A stretch of DNA of 52,991 bases, from IMG/VR virus record IMGVR_UViG_3300009425_000021, positions 1 through 52,991 of that record. One strand, written 5' to 3'. Positions 1 to 9,575 of this stretch are shown here, piece by piece. Each line of letters opens with the position of its first letter. Within the stretch, counting starts at the first letter, position 1. The DNA is from a virus (lineage: Duplodnaviria > Caudoviricetes). Made by a program: the position numbers and the translations under genes. The notes beneath the pieces were generated by a model. That model made no database searches. It was not told where the DNA came from and worked only from the letters and a program-made list of their open reading frames with translations.

Positions 1-1
1 A

Positions 2-1249
2 AGTGCTTTAAGTGAAGGAACTAACTTATACTTTACAGATGCTAGGGCTAGATCATCAATTAGTGCTTCAGGCGATATTAGTTACAACAACTCAACTGGT
101 GTTATTAGTTACACTGATCCATCACCTAGAACTGATGCTACAATTAGAGGATTATTTAGTGCTTCAGGCGATATTAGTTACAACAACTCAACTGGTGTTA
201 TTAGTTACACTGATCCATCACCTAGAACTGATGCTACAATTAGAGGATTATTTAGTAGCGGTGGAGACATTGCATACAACAGTTCAACTGGCTTCTTTTC
301 ATATACTATGCCAGACTTGGCAGTTAGCGACTTTGCAGGCGCATCAATACAAACTGGATCAGAGGCTTTTGCAGACAGCGACTCAGTATTAATGACAGCG
401 GCGGCAGTACAAGATAAAATTACAAGTTATGGTTACTCAACTACAACAGGTGATATTACATCAGTAGGCGCAGGTTCTGGTTTAGCAGGCGGCGGCACAA
501 GTGGTGCTGTTACTTTAAACATTGGCGCAGGTACAGGTATTACTGTAAATGCAAATGATGTTGCTGTAGACATAAGTGCATTTAGTACTAGTGATTTAAG
601 TGAAGGAACAAACGATTATTATACAGTAACAAGAGCAAACTCAGCCATCGATGCAAGAGTTACTAATTCTTTTGTTGATGCATTGAATGTGGATGCCGAT
701 ACAGTTGATACTTTACATGCTAGTTCTTTCTTAAGAAGTGATGCCGCAGATACGCATACTCATACTATTACACCAAGTGCAGATAACAGTATTGACTTAG
801 GATCAACTTCATTGAGATATAATGAAGTACATGCAGTTACTTTCAAAGGTACAGCAACACAGGCTCAATATGCTGACTTGGCAGAGAACTATGTAGCAGA
901 TGCAGATTATCCACCAGGCACAGTATTAGTACTAGGCGGAGAACAAGAAGTAACAGTAACCAGCGAATCCAACAGTCCTAACGTGGCCGGAGTTGTTAGT
1001 ACAGATCCAGCATACTTAATGAACTCAGCTTTAGCAGGACAATTTGTTAAAGCAGTAGCACTTAGAGGACGAGTTCCTGTAAGAGTGCTTGGCATAGTTG
1101 CTAAAGGCGACATACTTATTACTAGTTCAACACCGGGTGTTGCAACAGTAGGCACTAACCCTCACTTTATAAGTGCGGCATGCATTATTGGTAAAGCAAT
1201 ATCCAATAAAGAACATGCAGGCGAAGGCATTGTAGAAGTACTAGTTTAA
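2..1249 (+). CDS. Tail-fibre/virion fibre-like protein, C-terminal part (5' end outside window)
   Basis: Frame 2 is open from base 2 (SALSEGTNLYFTDARARSSISASGDISYNNSTG...) and continues into ORF 308..1249. It has the same repeat modules and YADLAE(N/K)Y C-terminal chaperone/peptidase-G2-like domain as the next gene. Confidence 0.75.
   Translation, partial: SALSEGTNLYFTDARARSSISASGDISYNNSTGVISYTDPSPRTDATIRGLFSASGDISYNNSTGVISYTDPSPRTDATIRGLFSSGGDIAYNSSTGFFSYTMPDLAVSDFAGASIQTGSEAFADSDSVLMTAAAVQDKITSYGYSTTTGDITSVGAGSGLAGGGTSGAVTLNIGAGTGITVNANDVAVDISAFSTSDLSEGTNDYYTVTRANSAIDARVTNSFVDALNVDADTVDTLHASSFLRSDAADTHTHTITPSADNSIDLGSTSLRYNEVHAVTFKGTATQAQYADLAENYVADADYPPGTVLVLGGEQEVTVTSESNSPNVAGVVSTDPAYLMNSALAGQFVKAVALRGRVPVRVLGIVAKGDILITSSTPGVATVGTNPHFISAACIIGKAISNKEHAGEGIVEVLV
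60..256 (+). repeat. Exact 96-bp in-frame tandem duplication (32-aa unit SASGDISYNNSTGVISYTDPSPRTDATIRGLF)
   Basis: 60-155 and 156-251 read identical. Confidence 0.9.
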
Positions 1250-1282
1250 TAACTTGTAAACCAGTCTAAACTCCAACAAAAC

Positions 1283-1290
1283 GATAAATA
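1283..1290 (+). promoter_or_regulatory. T4-like late promoter (GATAAATA)
   Basis: AAACGATAAATA, the same context as at 5413 and 11539; variant of the T4 late -10 element TATAAATA. Confidence 0.7.
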
Positions 1291-1367
1291 TGTGCAATAG
1301 GGAAAACCTTATTGACTGACTTCGCGAGTCAGACTATATAACATATAGACAACATAGGAATAATAAA

Positions 1368-4300
1368 ATGGCCACAGCAATTCAATGGAGACGAGGCACC
1401 ACTTCCCAACACAGTAGTTTTACTGGTTTGGCAGGTGAGATCACAGTCGATACAGATTTAAATACCGTTATTGTCCACGACGGTTCAACAGCAGGCGGAC
1501 ACAGAATAGCAAAATATACAGAAGTAACATCAGCGGCGGCGGGCGATATTAGCTCAGTTGTTGCAGGTGCAGGTTTAACTGGTGGAGCAACCACTGGTGA
1601 TGCAACAATTAACGTTATTGGTGGAAACGGTATTACTGTTTCAGCTGACGCAGTTATTACAGACGACACTTATATTAAAGCATTGTTTAGTGCTGGTGGA
1701 GACCTGTCATATAGTAACGGTGTATTCAGCTTTACTAATGACGCAGGTGATATTAGTAGTGTTGTTGCAGGTACTGGTTTAAGCGGCGGAGCAACAACCG
1801 GCGTGGCAACTTTAGCACTTGACACTTCTTCATCAACATTTACAACAGGTGTACAATCATTCTTAGCAGGTGGAACACTTGCAGGAAGCATTATACCATC
1901 AACAGACATTACTTACGATTTAGGTTCGAGCAGTAAGCAATGGCGTGATGTGTATGTTGGTCCAGGATCACTTTACATTAACGGACAACAAGTACTTCAA
2001 GACAATTCAGGTACAATCCAAGTTAGTGCTGATGCAAACCAAAACGTTGGGATAGTAACATCTGGTTCAGGTGATATCGAACTTAACGCATCTGGTTCAG
2101 GTGTAATTAATTTACAATCAGCAATTACTGTTGACTCAGGTCAAACATTAACTGGTACTGGCGGTTTAACAATGGCTAGTAACATTAACTTAAACAGTAA
2201 TTCAGTTAACAACTTACCAGCTCCTGCACAGGCAGGTGACGCTACCAACAAAACATACGTTGATGGTGCATCTTACCTAACAGGCGGAACTGGTATTACA
2301 AATAGTTCAGGTACATTGGCAATTGATGCTACAGTTGTTACAACTACTGGAACACAGACAATTGGGGGTGATAAAACATTCTCAGGAACAACTACAATTA
2401 GTGGTTCTTTAAATTCATCAGGCGGAACAGTACAATTTGCTGATAACCTATTAACATTAAACGCAGACGCAACTGGTACACCATCAGAAGACGTTGGTAT
2501 TATTGTTGAAAGAGGAGACTCAACTAACGTTCAGTTCAAATGGATTGAAGCCGCAGATGAGTGGTCATTCACAAACGACGGATCGGCTTACCAAGCTGTT
2601 ACTGGACATGCAGACTTTAGTGCTGTAACAAGTGGAGACGGAAGTCTTACTTATAACAGTTCAACAGGTGCTTATACATATACAGGTCCAAGTGCTACAG
2701 AAGTAAGAGCACATTTAACTGCTGGAACTGGAATGACAGTTAGTGGTGGTGTTTTTGCTACAACAATTACACAATACACTGATGCATTAGCCCAAGCGGC
2801 TATCACTGTTAATGATGCAGGCGGAGACGGAAGTTTAGCAATATCCAGCGGCGTAATTACTTATACAGGACCTAGTGCGGCTGAAGCCGAAGCACAAATT
2901 GATGCACATCTAAGCGGTGGAACAGGTATTAATTATTCAGGCGGTGTTATTACTACAGATGATACAGTAGTTAGCACATCTGGAACACAGTCAATTGGTG
3001 GTGCAAAAACATTCACTGATAACTTAATTCTAAGTGGTAATTTAACAGTTAACGGTACACAGACTATTGTTAATACTGAAACATTAACAATTGATGATAA
3101 CATGCTTGTTCTTAACAATAATGAAGCCGGCACTCCAAGTGAAGATTCAGGTATTGAAGTAGAACGTGGAACATCAACTAATGTTAAACTACAGTGGAAA
3201 GAATCTGCAGATGAGTGGCAAATATTTGATGGCACAAGTACATACACAATTGCTAGAACTACAGCAGACTTAACAGAACAAAGTAACCTTTACTATACAC
3301 AGGCTAGAGCAGACGCCAGAGTGGCGGCGGCAACAGGTGCCAACCTAGATTTAAGCAGTAAAGATACAGGTGATTTATCTGAAAGTGGTAACTTATACTA
3401 CACAGATGCAAGAGCAGATGCCAGAATAGCGGCGGCTGACACAGGCGATTTAAGTGAAGGATCAAACGAATACTTTACTACTGCAAGAGCTAGAGCATCG
3501 ATTAGTGAAGGATCAACTGAATTAGCATATAATAGTACAACAGGTGTATTAACATTTGCACAAGGTAGTACTTCAGGCGTAGCAGAAGGATCAAACCTTT
3601 ACTACACAGATGCTAGAGCAGATGCAAGAATTGCCAACGCAAGTACAAGTGATTTAAGTGAAGGAACTAACTTATACCACACAACTGAAAGAGTACAAGA
3701 TATTGCAGGCGCAATGTTTACAGCAAACACTGAATCAGGCATTACAGTAACATACGACGATGCTGACGGCACAATTGATTTAACAACAAGTATTGCAGGA
3801 TTTAGTACTAGTAATTTAAGTGAAGGATCAAATTTATACTTTACTACTGCTAGAGCAGACGCTAGAGTTGATTTACAAACTGGCGGCAACTTAGATTTAA
3901 GCAGTAAAGATACAGGTGATTTAACTGAAAGTGGTAACTTATACTACACTGATGCAAGAGCAAGAGCATCAATTAGTGCTTCAGGCGATATTAGTTACAA
4001 CAGTTCAACTGGTGTAATTAGTTTTACTAATGACGCAGGTGATATTGAAGGTGTTACAGCAGGTACTGGTTTAAGTGGAGGCGGCACTTCAGGTACTGTT
4101 ACACTTAATGTTAGTGGATTAACAGTTGCACAACTGGCTGGATCGGCATTACAATTAAGCTCAGAATCATTTGCTGATAACAATACTACATTGATGACAT
4201 CAGCGGCAGTACAAGATAAGATTGAATCTTATGGTTATTCAACAACAACAGGCGATATTACAGCCGTAACAGCAGGAGCAGGTTTAACTGGTGGCGCATC

Positions 4301-5036
4301 TAGCGGATCAGCTGACTTGGGTGTTGGAGCAGGTACTGGTATTACTGTAAATGCAAATGATGTTGCAGTTAACATGAGTGCATTTAGTACTAGTGATTTA
4401 AGTGAAGGCTCAAACCTTTACTATACTAGTGGTAGAGCAGATGCTAGAGTTAGTGCAGTAGCAACTAAGGCATTTATTGACGCACTAAACGTTGATTCAG
4501 ATACATTAGACGGCATTAGTAGTGCAAGTTTCATGAGAAGTGATGCTAACGATTCACACAGTGGAACGATTACTCCTTCCTCAAACAATGCGATTAACTT
4601 AGGATCAAGTGGACTTAAATATGCAAATGTTTACGCAACTACATTCCAAGGTAATGCAACTTCGGCACAGTATGCGGATTTGGCTGAGAAATACGAAAGT
4701 GATGCAGAACTAGAAGCAGGCACAGTTGTTATGTTTGGTGGTGATAAAGAAGTTACAGCATGTGATAGTGAAAACTGTCATGCAGTAGCAGGTGTTATCA
4801 GTACTGATCCAGCTTATATGATGAACGCAGGAGCAGAAGGTCAATTTGTAGCATTAACCGGAAGAGTACCTACTAAGGTTACTGGTCCAGTTGCTAAAGG
4901 TGACTTAATGGTTTCCGCAGGTAACGGTATGGCTAAGGCTAATAACGATGCACAGGCAGGAAGAATGATTGGTAAAGCAGTTGGTTCTTCAGAAGGCGGA
5001 GAAGCTGTTATAGAAGTACTTGTTAACTTGATGTAA
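1368..5036 (+). CDS. Long tail-fibre/virion fibre-like protein (1222 aa)
   Basis: N-terminal IQWRRGTT...GEITVDTD (Mtd-N-like) motif; Gly/Thr/Ser-rich; 8 copies of LxExxNLY(Y/F)TxARA; several GDI..V.AG.GL.GG repeats; C-terminal YADLAEKY chaperone-like domain. Confidence 0.8.
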   Translation: MATAIQWRRGTTSQHSSFTGLAGEITVDTDLNTVIVHDGSTAGGHRIAKYTEVTSAAAGDISSVVAGAGLTGGATTGDATINVIGGNGITVSADAVITDDTYIKALFSAGGDLSYSNGVFSFTNDAGDISSVVAGTGLSGGATTGVATLALDTSSSTFTTGVQSFLAGGTLAGSIIPSTDITYDLGSSSKQWRDVYVGPGSLYINGQQVLQDNSGTIQVSADANQNVGIVTSGSGDIELNASGSGVINLQSAITVDSGQTLTGTGGLTMASNINLNSNSVNNLPAPAQAGDATNKTYVDGASYLTGGTGITNSSGTLAIDATVVTTTGTQTIGGDKTFSGTTTISGSLNSSGGTVQFADNLLTLNADATGTPSEDVGIIVERGDSTNVQFKWIEAADEWSFTNDGSAYQAVTGHADFSAVTSGDGSLTYNSSTGAYTYTGPSATEVRAHLTAGTGMTVSGGVFATTITQYTDALAQAAITVNDAGGDGSLAISSGVITYTGPSAAEAEAQIDAHLSGGTGINYSGGVITTDDTVVSTSGTQSIGGAKTFTDNLILSGNLTVNGTQTIVNTETLTIDDNMLVLNNNEAGTPSEDSGIEVERGTSTNVKLQWKESADEWQIFDGTSTYTIARTTADLTEQSNLYYTQARADARVAAATGANLDLSSKDTGDLSESGNLYYTDARADARIAAADTGDLSEGSNEYFTTARARASISEGSTELAYNSTTGVLTFAQGSTSGVAEGSNLYYTDARADARIANASTSDLSEGTNLYHTTERVQDIAGAMFTANTESGITVTYDDADGTIDLTTSIAGFSTSNLSEGSNLYFTTARADARVDLQTGGNLDLSSKDTGDLTESGNLYYTDARARASISASGDISYNSSTGVISFTNDAGDIEGVTAGTGLSGGGTSGTVTLNVSGLTVAQLAGSALQLSSESFADNNTTLMTSAAVQDKIESYGYSTTTGDITAVTAGAGLTGGASSGSADLGVGAGTGITVNANDVAVNMSAFSTSDLSEGSNLYYTSGRADARVSAVATKAFIDALNVDSDTLDGISSASFMRSDANDSHSGTITPSSNNAINLGSSGLKYANVYATTFQGNATSAQYADLAEKYESDAELEAGTVVMFGGDKEVTACDSENCHAVAGVISTDPAYMMNAGAEGQFVALTGRVPTKVTGPVAKGDLMVSAGNGMAKANNDAQAGRMIGKAVGSSEGGEAVIEVLVNLM

Positions 5037-5051
5037 GAGTTTACAAACAAT

Positions 5052-5081
5052 AAAAAAGGGAGTTTTTAACTCCCTTTTTTT
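5052..5081. terminator. Bidirectional intrinsic terminator
   Basis: AAAAAAGGGAGTT-TTT-AACTCCCTTTTTTT between convergent genes. Confidence 0.85.
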
Positions 5082-5094
5082 GTGATTTAAAAAT

Positions 5095-5223
5095 CTAACA
5101 AACTTCACGCATGATATTCGAGGGGTGACCCGATTTCATGATGATGTCAAATTTTCTAGAAAGATTGGTAACCGATGTTCCGAACTTGGATAACATGGCT
5201 ACTATTCCTTTTGGATTCGCCAT
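5095..5223 (-). CDS. Small hypothetical protein, 42 aa (MANPKGIVAMLSKFGTSVTNLSRKFDIIMKSGHPSNIMREVC)
   Basis: Not in the ORF track. AGGAG SD just upstream, minus-strand TATAAATA at 5335-5342, and it ends at the bidirectional terminator. Confidence 0.6.
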   Translation of the reverse strand: MANPKGIVAMLSKFGTSVTNLSRKFDIIMKSGHPSNIMREVC

Positions 5224-5289
5224 ACTTTTCTCCTAAAATGTAATAACAAACTCTAACCCACTTGCTGTAACTTCATCCTTAATAGGAAC

Positions 5290-5333
5290 TGTTACAATCA
5301 ATCTACAAGTATGTTACAATTGTGTTACAGAAT
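5290..5333. promoter_or_regulatory. 11-bp-phased TGTTACA direct repeats (OmpR/PhoB-family box-like)
   Basis: TGTTACA at 5290, 5312 and 5323, with degenerate ATCTACA at 5301. Confidence 0.4.
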
Positions 5334-5412
5334 GTATTTATACAAACAAGTATTTTTACCAGGAAATATGTGATATTGCATAACAGATGTTACACAGAAA
5401 CTAAACCCAAAC

Positions 5413-5420
5413 GATAAATA
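5413..5420 (+). promoter_or_regulatory. Late promoter for the curli locus
   Basis: AAACGATAAATA upstream of 5484. Confidence 0.65.
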
Positions 5421-5483
5421 GTAACTGTAGACAGTAACACAGACACACTTAAAGAAGCAACCCTTAAAAGGTGTGTACATAAT

Positions 5484-5780
5484 ATGGAAGAAATATTTGG
5501 ATTAATTACCGAAGTCGGTGCCCCGATTGCTGGAAGTGTAGTAATGGGATTTTTTATATTTGTAGTAATAAAGCAAATACTAGAAGGAGTAGTCGAACAA
5601 GTTAAAACCTTGACGATGTTTTGCTCCAGTTTGGAAGCCAGAGCAAGTACTATGAGCAACGAGATGCTTAAAATAGACTTGCTGGTTAGTAGTGCCCTAG
5701 ACCTCAGACCCGATATAGATAGAGTTTCAAGAGCAGACAATTTTGTCGAAGATGGCAAAGTCGATGCTAGGAGAGACTAA
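5484..5780 (+). CDS. Small single-TM membrane protein (YvrJ/holin-like)
   Basis: EVGAPIAG motif, N-terminal hydrophobic helix, then coiled coil; stop/start overlap (TAATG) with the next gene. Confidence 0.6.
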   Translation: MEEIFGLITEVGAPIAGSVVMGFFIFVVIKQILEGVVEQVKTLTMFCSSLEARASTMSNEMLKIDLLVSSALDLRPDIDRVSRADNFVEDGKVDARRD

Positions 5781-6079
5781 TGGATATTGCACAGGCGATT
5801 AATGACTTTGGATTTCCAGTCGTGTTATGTGTTGGACTTGGTTATTTTATATATTATATATGGTGGTTTATTGGAGAAAAAATAGACCCCGCTCTTAGCG
5901 ATATGCATATAGCACTAATCAGAGTAATAGATAAAATGCGTAGATTAGACCAAGATTTAATTAGATTACAACAGAAAGTTGATGTTGTATTAGAATACAG
6001 AGCTAGACAACAAGTGCTAGACAATGCAGAACAAAAAACTGCATTAAAAACATTGAAACAAAAACAAACAGGAAAGTAG
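5780..6079 (+). CDS. Small single-TM membrane protein (YvrJ/holin-like)
   Basis: DFGFPVVLCVGLGYFIYYIWW TM segment followed by coiled coil. Confidence 0.6.
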   Translation: MDIAQAINDFGFPVVLCVGLGYFIYYIWWFIGEKIDPALSDMHIALIRVIDKMRRLDQDLIRLQQKVDVVLEYRARQQVLDNAEQKTALKTLKQKQTGK

Positions 6080-6080
6080 A

Positions 6081-6596
6081 ATGAAAATTACAGGTACACA
6101 TTTAGGTATCTTGGTTATAGTCGGATTTTTTATAATGTCGCTGACTAATAATAATCTTTATGCTGATGAACTAAAGTTTAAGTTCAAGTCTCCGTCATTT
6201 TCTGGTAACGGAACAGGAGCACATTATTTAACCATTGAGAACCAAGAGAAGTCACGAAAAGATAAGATTAAAGAAGACATAGAATCTGCGTTAGCACGAG
6301 CAGAGCGTGACAATGATAATTCGACAATTAATAAATTTATTAGAAATTTGGAGAGTAGAATTTATTCACAAATTTCTAAAGGATTAGTCGACAGTATGTT
6401 TTGTGATCCAGCAGTAGTTGTTGCATGTACAAATTCAGATTCGGGTAGTTTCGAAATTGAAGGAAATACTGTTACATACATTAAAACTACTAATGCTGAC
6501 GGGCTATCTGTTATTAGAATGACTATTGTTGACCCCGACGGAACAATAACAACTATCGAGATTCCAATTGGAATCGGCAATATTGGCGGCGGTTAA
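6081..6596 (+). CDS. csgF: Curli assembly protein CsgF-like
   Basis: Signal peptide, then ELKFKFKSPSFSGNG (CsgF N-terminal FxNPxFGG-type motif) and FIRNLESRIYSQIS; directly upstream of csgG. Confidence 0.8.
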   Translation: MKITGTHLGILVIVGFFIMSLTNNNLYADELKFKFKSPSFSGNGTGAHYLTIENQEKSRKDKIKEDIESALARAERDNDNSTINKFIRNLESRIYSQISKGLVDSMFCDPAVVVACTNSDSGSFEIEGNTVTYIKTTNADGLSVIRMTIVDPDGTITTIEIPIGIGNIGGG

Positions 6597-7606
6597 TGAA
6601 ACTGTCTAATTACATACTGTTCTTTATCGGCGCAATGTACTTAACTGGGTGTGCTAGTATATCTATACCTGGCGACACAGCATGTAATACGGACTTTCTC
6701 GAATGTGTAGAAGAGCCAAAGCAAATAGAATTACCCACATATCGAAAATTACGATATTTACCACCAAGCGAAACAATGCCAGTGGTAGCTGTTTATCAGT
6801 TTACTGATCAAACAGGACAACGAAAAAGTCAAGATGGTGTCGCTAGTTTTAGCACAGCGGTCACACAGGATCCGAAGAGCATATTGATTGACGCCTTGAA
6901 GGCGGCCGGTGCTCACGAAAACCCAAAAGGAACATGGTTCCGGGTTGTCGAACGGGGTCTTGGCTTAGATAACTTAGTGAGGGAAAGGCAGATAGTTCGT
7001 AGTACACGCGAACAATATCAAACTGAAGAAAAACCTCAACAAGCAGTACAACCATTGTTATTTGCTGGTATGATACTCGAAGGAGGTGTTGTAGGCTATG
7101 ACACTAACGTAGAGACCGGCGGTAATGGTGCAAGGTACTTAGGTATTGGCACTACAAACCAATACAGAAGAGATAGTGTTACTATATCACTTAGAGCAGT
7201 AAGTACGCTCACTGGTGAAGTAATACTGAATGTACAGACATACAAAACTATCCTTAGTACAGGAATGGCAGGAGACGTATTCAAATTTTTAGATATGGAT
7301 ACCCGATTGCTTGAATTAGAAAGTGGTATGACACAGAACGAAAGCGTAACCTATGCAGTACGGTCGGCAATTGAAGCCGCAGTATTGGCATTGATACAAC
7401 AAGGTGATGAAAGAGGATATTGGAAAATTGTGTATCCAGAGAATTGGGAAGAAACAGTAAACCAGCAAGAACGAGCTTACTGGATAAAAGTCAATAATCA
7501 GGAAATTCTGGATGCAGATGTAGACGACAAGCCTACGTCATCACAAAACACTTTTTGGAAAAAAATATTACTAAAAAGTGAACCCATTAATGGAGAAGAA
7601 AAATGA
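6596..7606 (+). CDS. csgG: Curli secretion outer-membrane lipoprotein CsgG
   Basis: Lipobox LTGC; VAVYQFTDQTGQRK, FSTAVTQ, WFRVVER.GLDNLVRERQIVR and GGNGARYLGIG are characteristic CsgG motifs. Confidence 0.92.
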   Translation: MKLSNYILFFIGAMYLTGCASISIPGDTACNTDFLECVEEPKQIELPTYRKLRYLPPSETMPVVAVYQFTDQTGQRKSQDGVASFSTAVTQDPKSILIDALKAAGAHENPKGTWFRVVERGLGLDNLVRERQIVRSTREQYQTEEKPQQAVQPLLFAGMILEGGVVGYDTNVETGGNGARYLGIGTTNQYRRDSVTISLRAVSTLTGEVILNVQTYKTILSTGMAGDVFKFLDMDTRLLELESGMTQNESVTYAVRSAIEAAVLALIQQGDERGYWKIVYPENWEETVNQQERAYWIKVNNQEILDADVDDKPTSSQNTFWKKILLKSEPINGEEK

Positions 7607-8433
7607 AGACAAACGTAATAAAGAAATTTACACTACAAGTCTTCGCTATAGTAAGTGTAATAATAGGAAGTCAGGCTCTAAGTGCAACGGATAACGAAGT
7701 ACTACTAGACCAGCAAGGTGACAACTTAGTATTAACAATATTACAAGCTGGTAACAGCAACAGAGTTTCTGGACAGGCCACAGGGTCAGGAGATTTAGTT
7801 GTAACTGGTAACAACTTGATAATTGATATCATACAAGACGGTAACACAAATAAGTTTTTTGGAGACTTAATATTTGACGGATCCGGTAGTTCAGTAATGG
7901 ACTTTTATCAATTAGGTGATAGTAACGTCTGGGATTTACAGATTGGTGCTAACTCTAATAGTGCAGATAATACAGACATGCTAGTAGACATACAGGGCGA
8001 CGGTAACATCTTTGATGTTAATATAGCTCATAATGCCGTAGCAGAAAGCACTAACTTTGATTTAGATATACTTGGCTCAAGGAACGATTTTACCACAAGT
8101 TTTTCAAACAATAAAGTTTGGGCAACCGCCTCTGGAACTAACAGTGTAGGTGGTATAATAAGTACTGGAACCGGAACTCAAACAATGAGTGGTATTACAA
8201 TTGATACGAGTAACGTTGTATGGAATATGGAGATTATAGGAGACGACAACGCATTTGCTACTAAGCAAAGTGGTAACGGTGGTCATTCCTTGACAGTAGT
8301 CCTAGACGGCAGTGATGGAGATTTTCAATTTATACAGGACATGACAGCAACATGTAGTCCAACGTGTGAAGGGATAATTAACATAAATCTAGATAGCGAA
8401 AATGCATCAGTTAGTATTAAACAGACTGATTAA
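7603..8433 (+). CDS. Curlin-repeat secreted protein (CsgA/CsgB-like)
   Basis: Signal peptide; repeated QxGxxN motifs (QAGNSN, QDGNTN, QLGDSN, QGDGN). Confidence 0.7.
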   Translation: MKTNVIKKFTLQVFAIVSVIIGSQALSATDNEVLLDQQGDNLVLTILQAGNSNRVSGQATGSGDLVVTGNNLIIDIIQDGNTNKFFGDLIFDGSGSSVMDFYQLGDSNVWDLQIGANSNSADNTDMLVDIQGDGNIFDVNIAHNAVAESTNFDLDILGSRNDFTTSFSNNKVWATASGTNSVGGIISTGTGTQTMSGITIDTSNVVWNMEIIGDDNAFATKQSGNGGHSLTVVLDGSDGDFQFIQDMTATCSPTCEGIININLDSENASVSIKQTD

Positions 8434-9574
8434 CATAACAGCAGTATTGGTACTGTTGCTTACACCAAATCTAAGTGCCGCTGAGAGCATCGGCGGCATT
8501 ATTGAACAAAGTGGAGCAACTGGAAGTATTGTGAGATTGTCAGGCGAAGAACTGGCGGCAAGTATTTCAGCTGATATTGTAAGTTATGATGAAGTGGAAA
8601 CAACAAATGGAAGACTAAAAATTGAGTTTCTTGACAAAACTCAGGTTAGTCTGACAGAACACACTTACATGGAAATAGACGAATATGTTTTCGATCCGGA
8701 TCCGAGTAAAAGTAAGATGGCATTAAATTTTGTACAAGGAACAGCCAGGTTTGCCACAGGCAGTTTAGGGCTTGTAGCAAAAGAGAACATAACAATCCAA
8801 ACTCCTACAGCAAGTATAGGGATTAGGGGAACAGATTTTACTACCACAGTCGATGAACTGGGTAGAAGTTTAGTAATATTATTACCAGACGAAGATTGCA
8901 CAGATAGAGTTGCATTAGAGGAAGGTTGTGCTCCAAGTGGCAGTATAACTGTAACTAATGAAGGCGGCACAGTAATATTAGATGAAGCCTACCAAGCAGT
9001 TATGGTAAGCACACTTGAAACAAGCCCAACTCAGCCTGTTGTACTACTAGATATAAATTTAAATATGATAGACAATATGTTTATTGTAGCAGAACCAAAA
9101 CAGATTACAGAAGCAAAAGAAGAACAAGTACAAGAATTAAAAGGCGACAACGGATTATTAGACTTTGATGGCTTAGATGCAAATGCAATTGAGCAAGATG
9201 TTTTAGCAGATACGACAGAAGATTTAGACTACACAGAATTAGATATAGATTTATTAAATGTAGACTTCCTAGTAGACTTGTTAGACATAGTAGAAAAAGC
9301 TAATTCTGGATTAGACGATGAAGGCGGAGACTCAGGCAGTGGCACAAATAAATTAATAGGTGCTGTATACGGAGTTAATCCTGGAAATCAATTTAATATT
9401 ATTCCAGATTTAGATGGCAAAGTATTTTTTCTTAGGCAAGTAAGCAATACAATTAGTATTAAATTACAAAAAGGATCCGTAGCACAGCTAGATATAAAAG
9501 ACGGCGATATAGGAGACACTATTATATGTTTAAGTAGTTGTGAAAACATATTAATAAGTATTACACAAGAATAA
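8402..9574 (+). CDS. FecR-domain periplasmic protein
   Basis: Signal peptide; FecR-type motifs (DEVETTNGRLKIEFLDKTQVSL, TIQTPTASIGIRGTDF); acidic linker; C-terminus CLSSCENILISITQE. Confidence 0.85.
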   Translation: MHQLVLNRLINITAVLVLLLTPNLSAAESIGGIIEQSGATGSIVRLSGEELAASISADIVSYDEVETTNGRLKIEFLDKTQVSLTEHTYMEIDEYVFDPDPSKSKMALNFVQGTARFATGSLGLVAKENITIQTPTASIGIRGTDFTTTVDELGRSLVILLPDEDCTDRVALEEGCAPSGSITVTNEGGTVILDEAYQAVMVSTLETSPTQPVVLLDINLNMIDNMFIVAEPKQITEAKEEQVQELKGDNGLLDFDGLDANAIEQDVLADTTEDLDYTELDIDLLNVDFLVDLLDIVEKANSGLDDEGGDSGSGTNKLIGAVYGVNPGNQFNIIPDLDGKVFFLRQVSNTISIKLQKGSVAQLDIKDGDIGDTIICLSSCENILISITQE

Positions 9575-9575
9575 T

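Noticed and set aside
12-392. 126-aa ORF in the track
   Set aside because: Off-frame shadow of the fibre gene, whose real frame (frame 2) is open from base 2.
1295-1332. Two hairpins in the fibre-gene leader as a riboswitch
   Set aside because: They match no aptamer consensus I recognise; more simply 5' stabilising stems.
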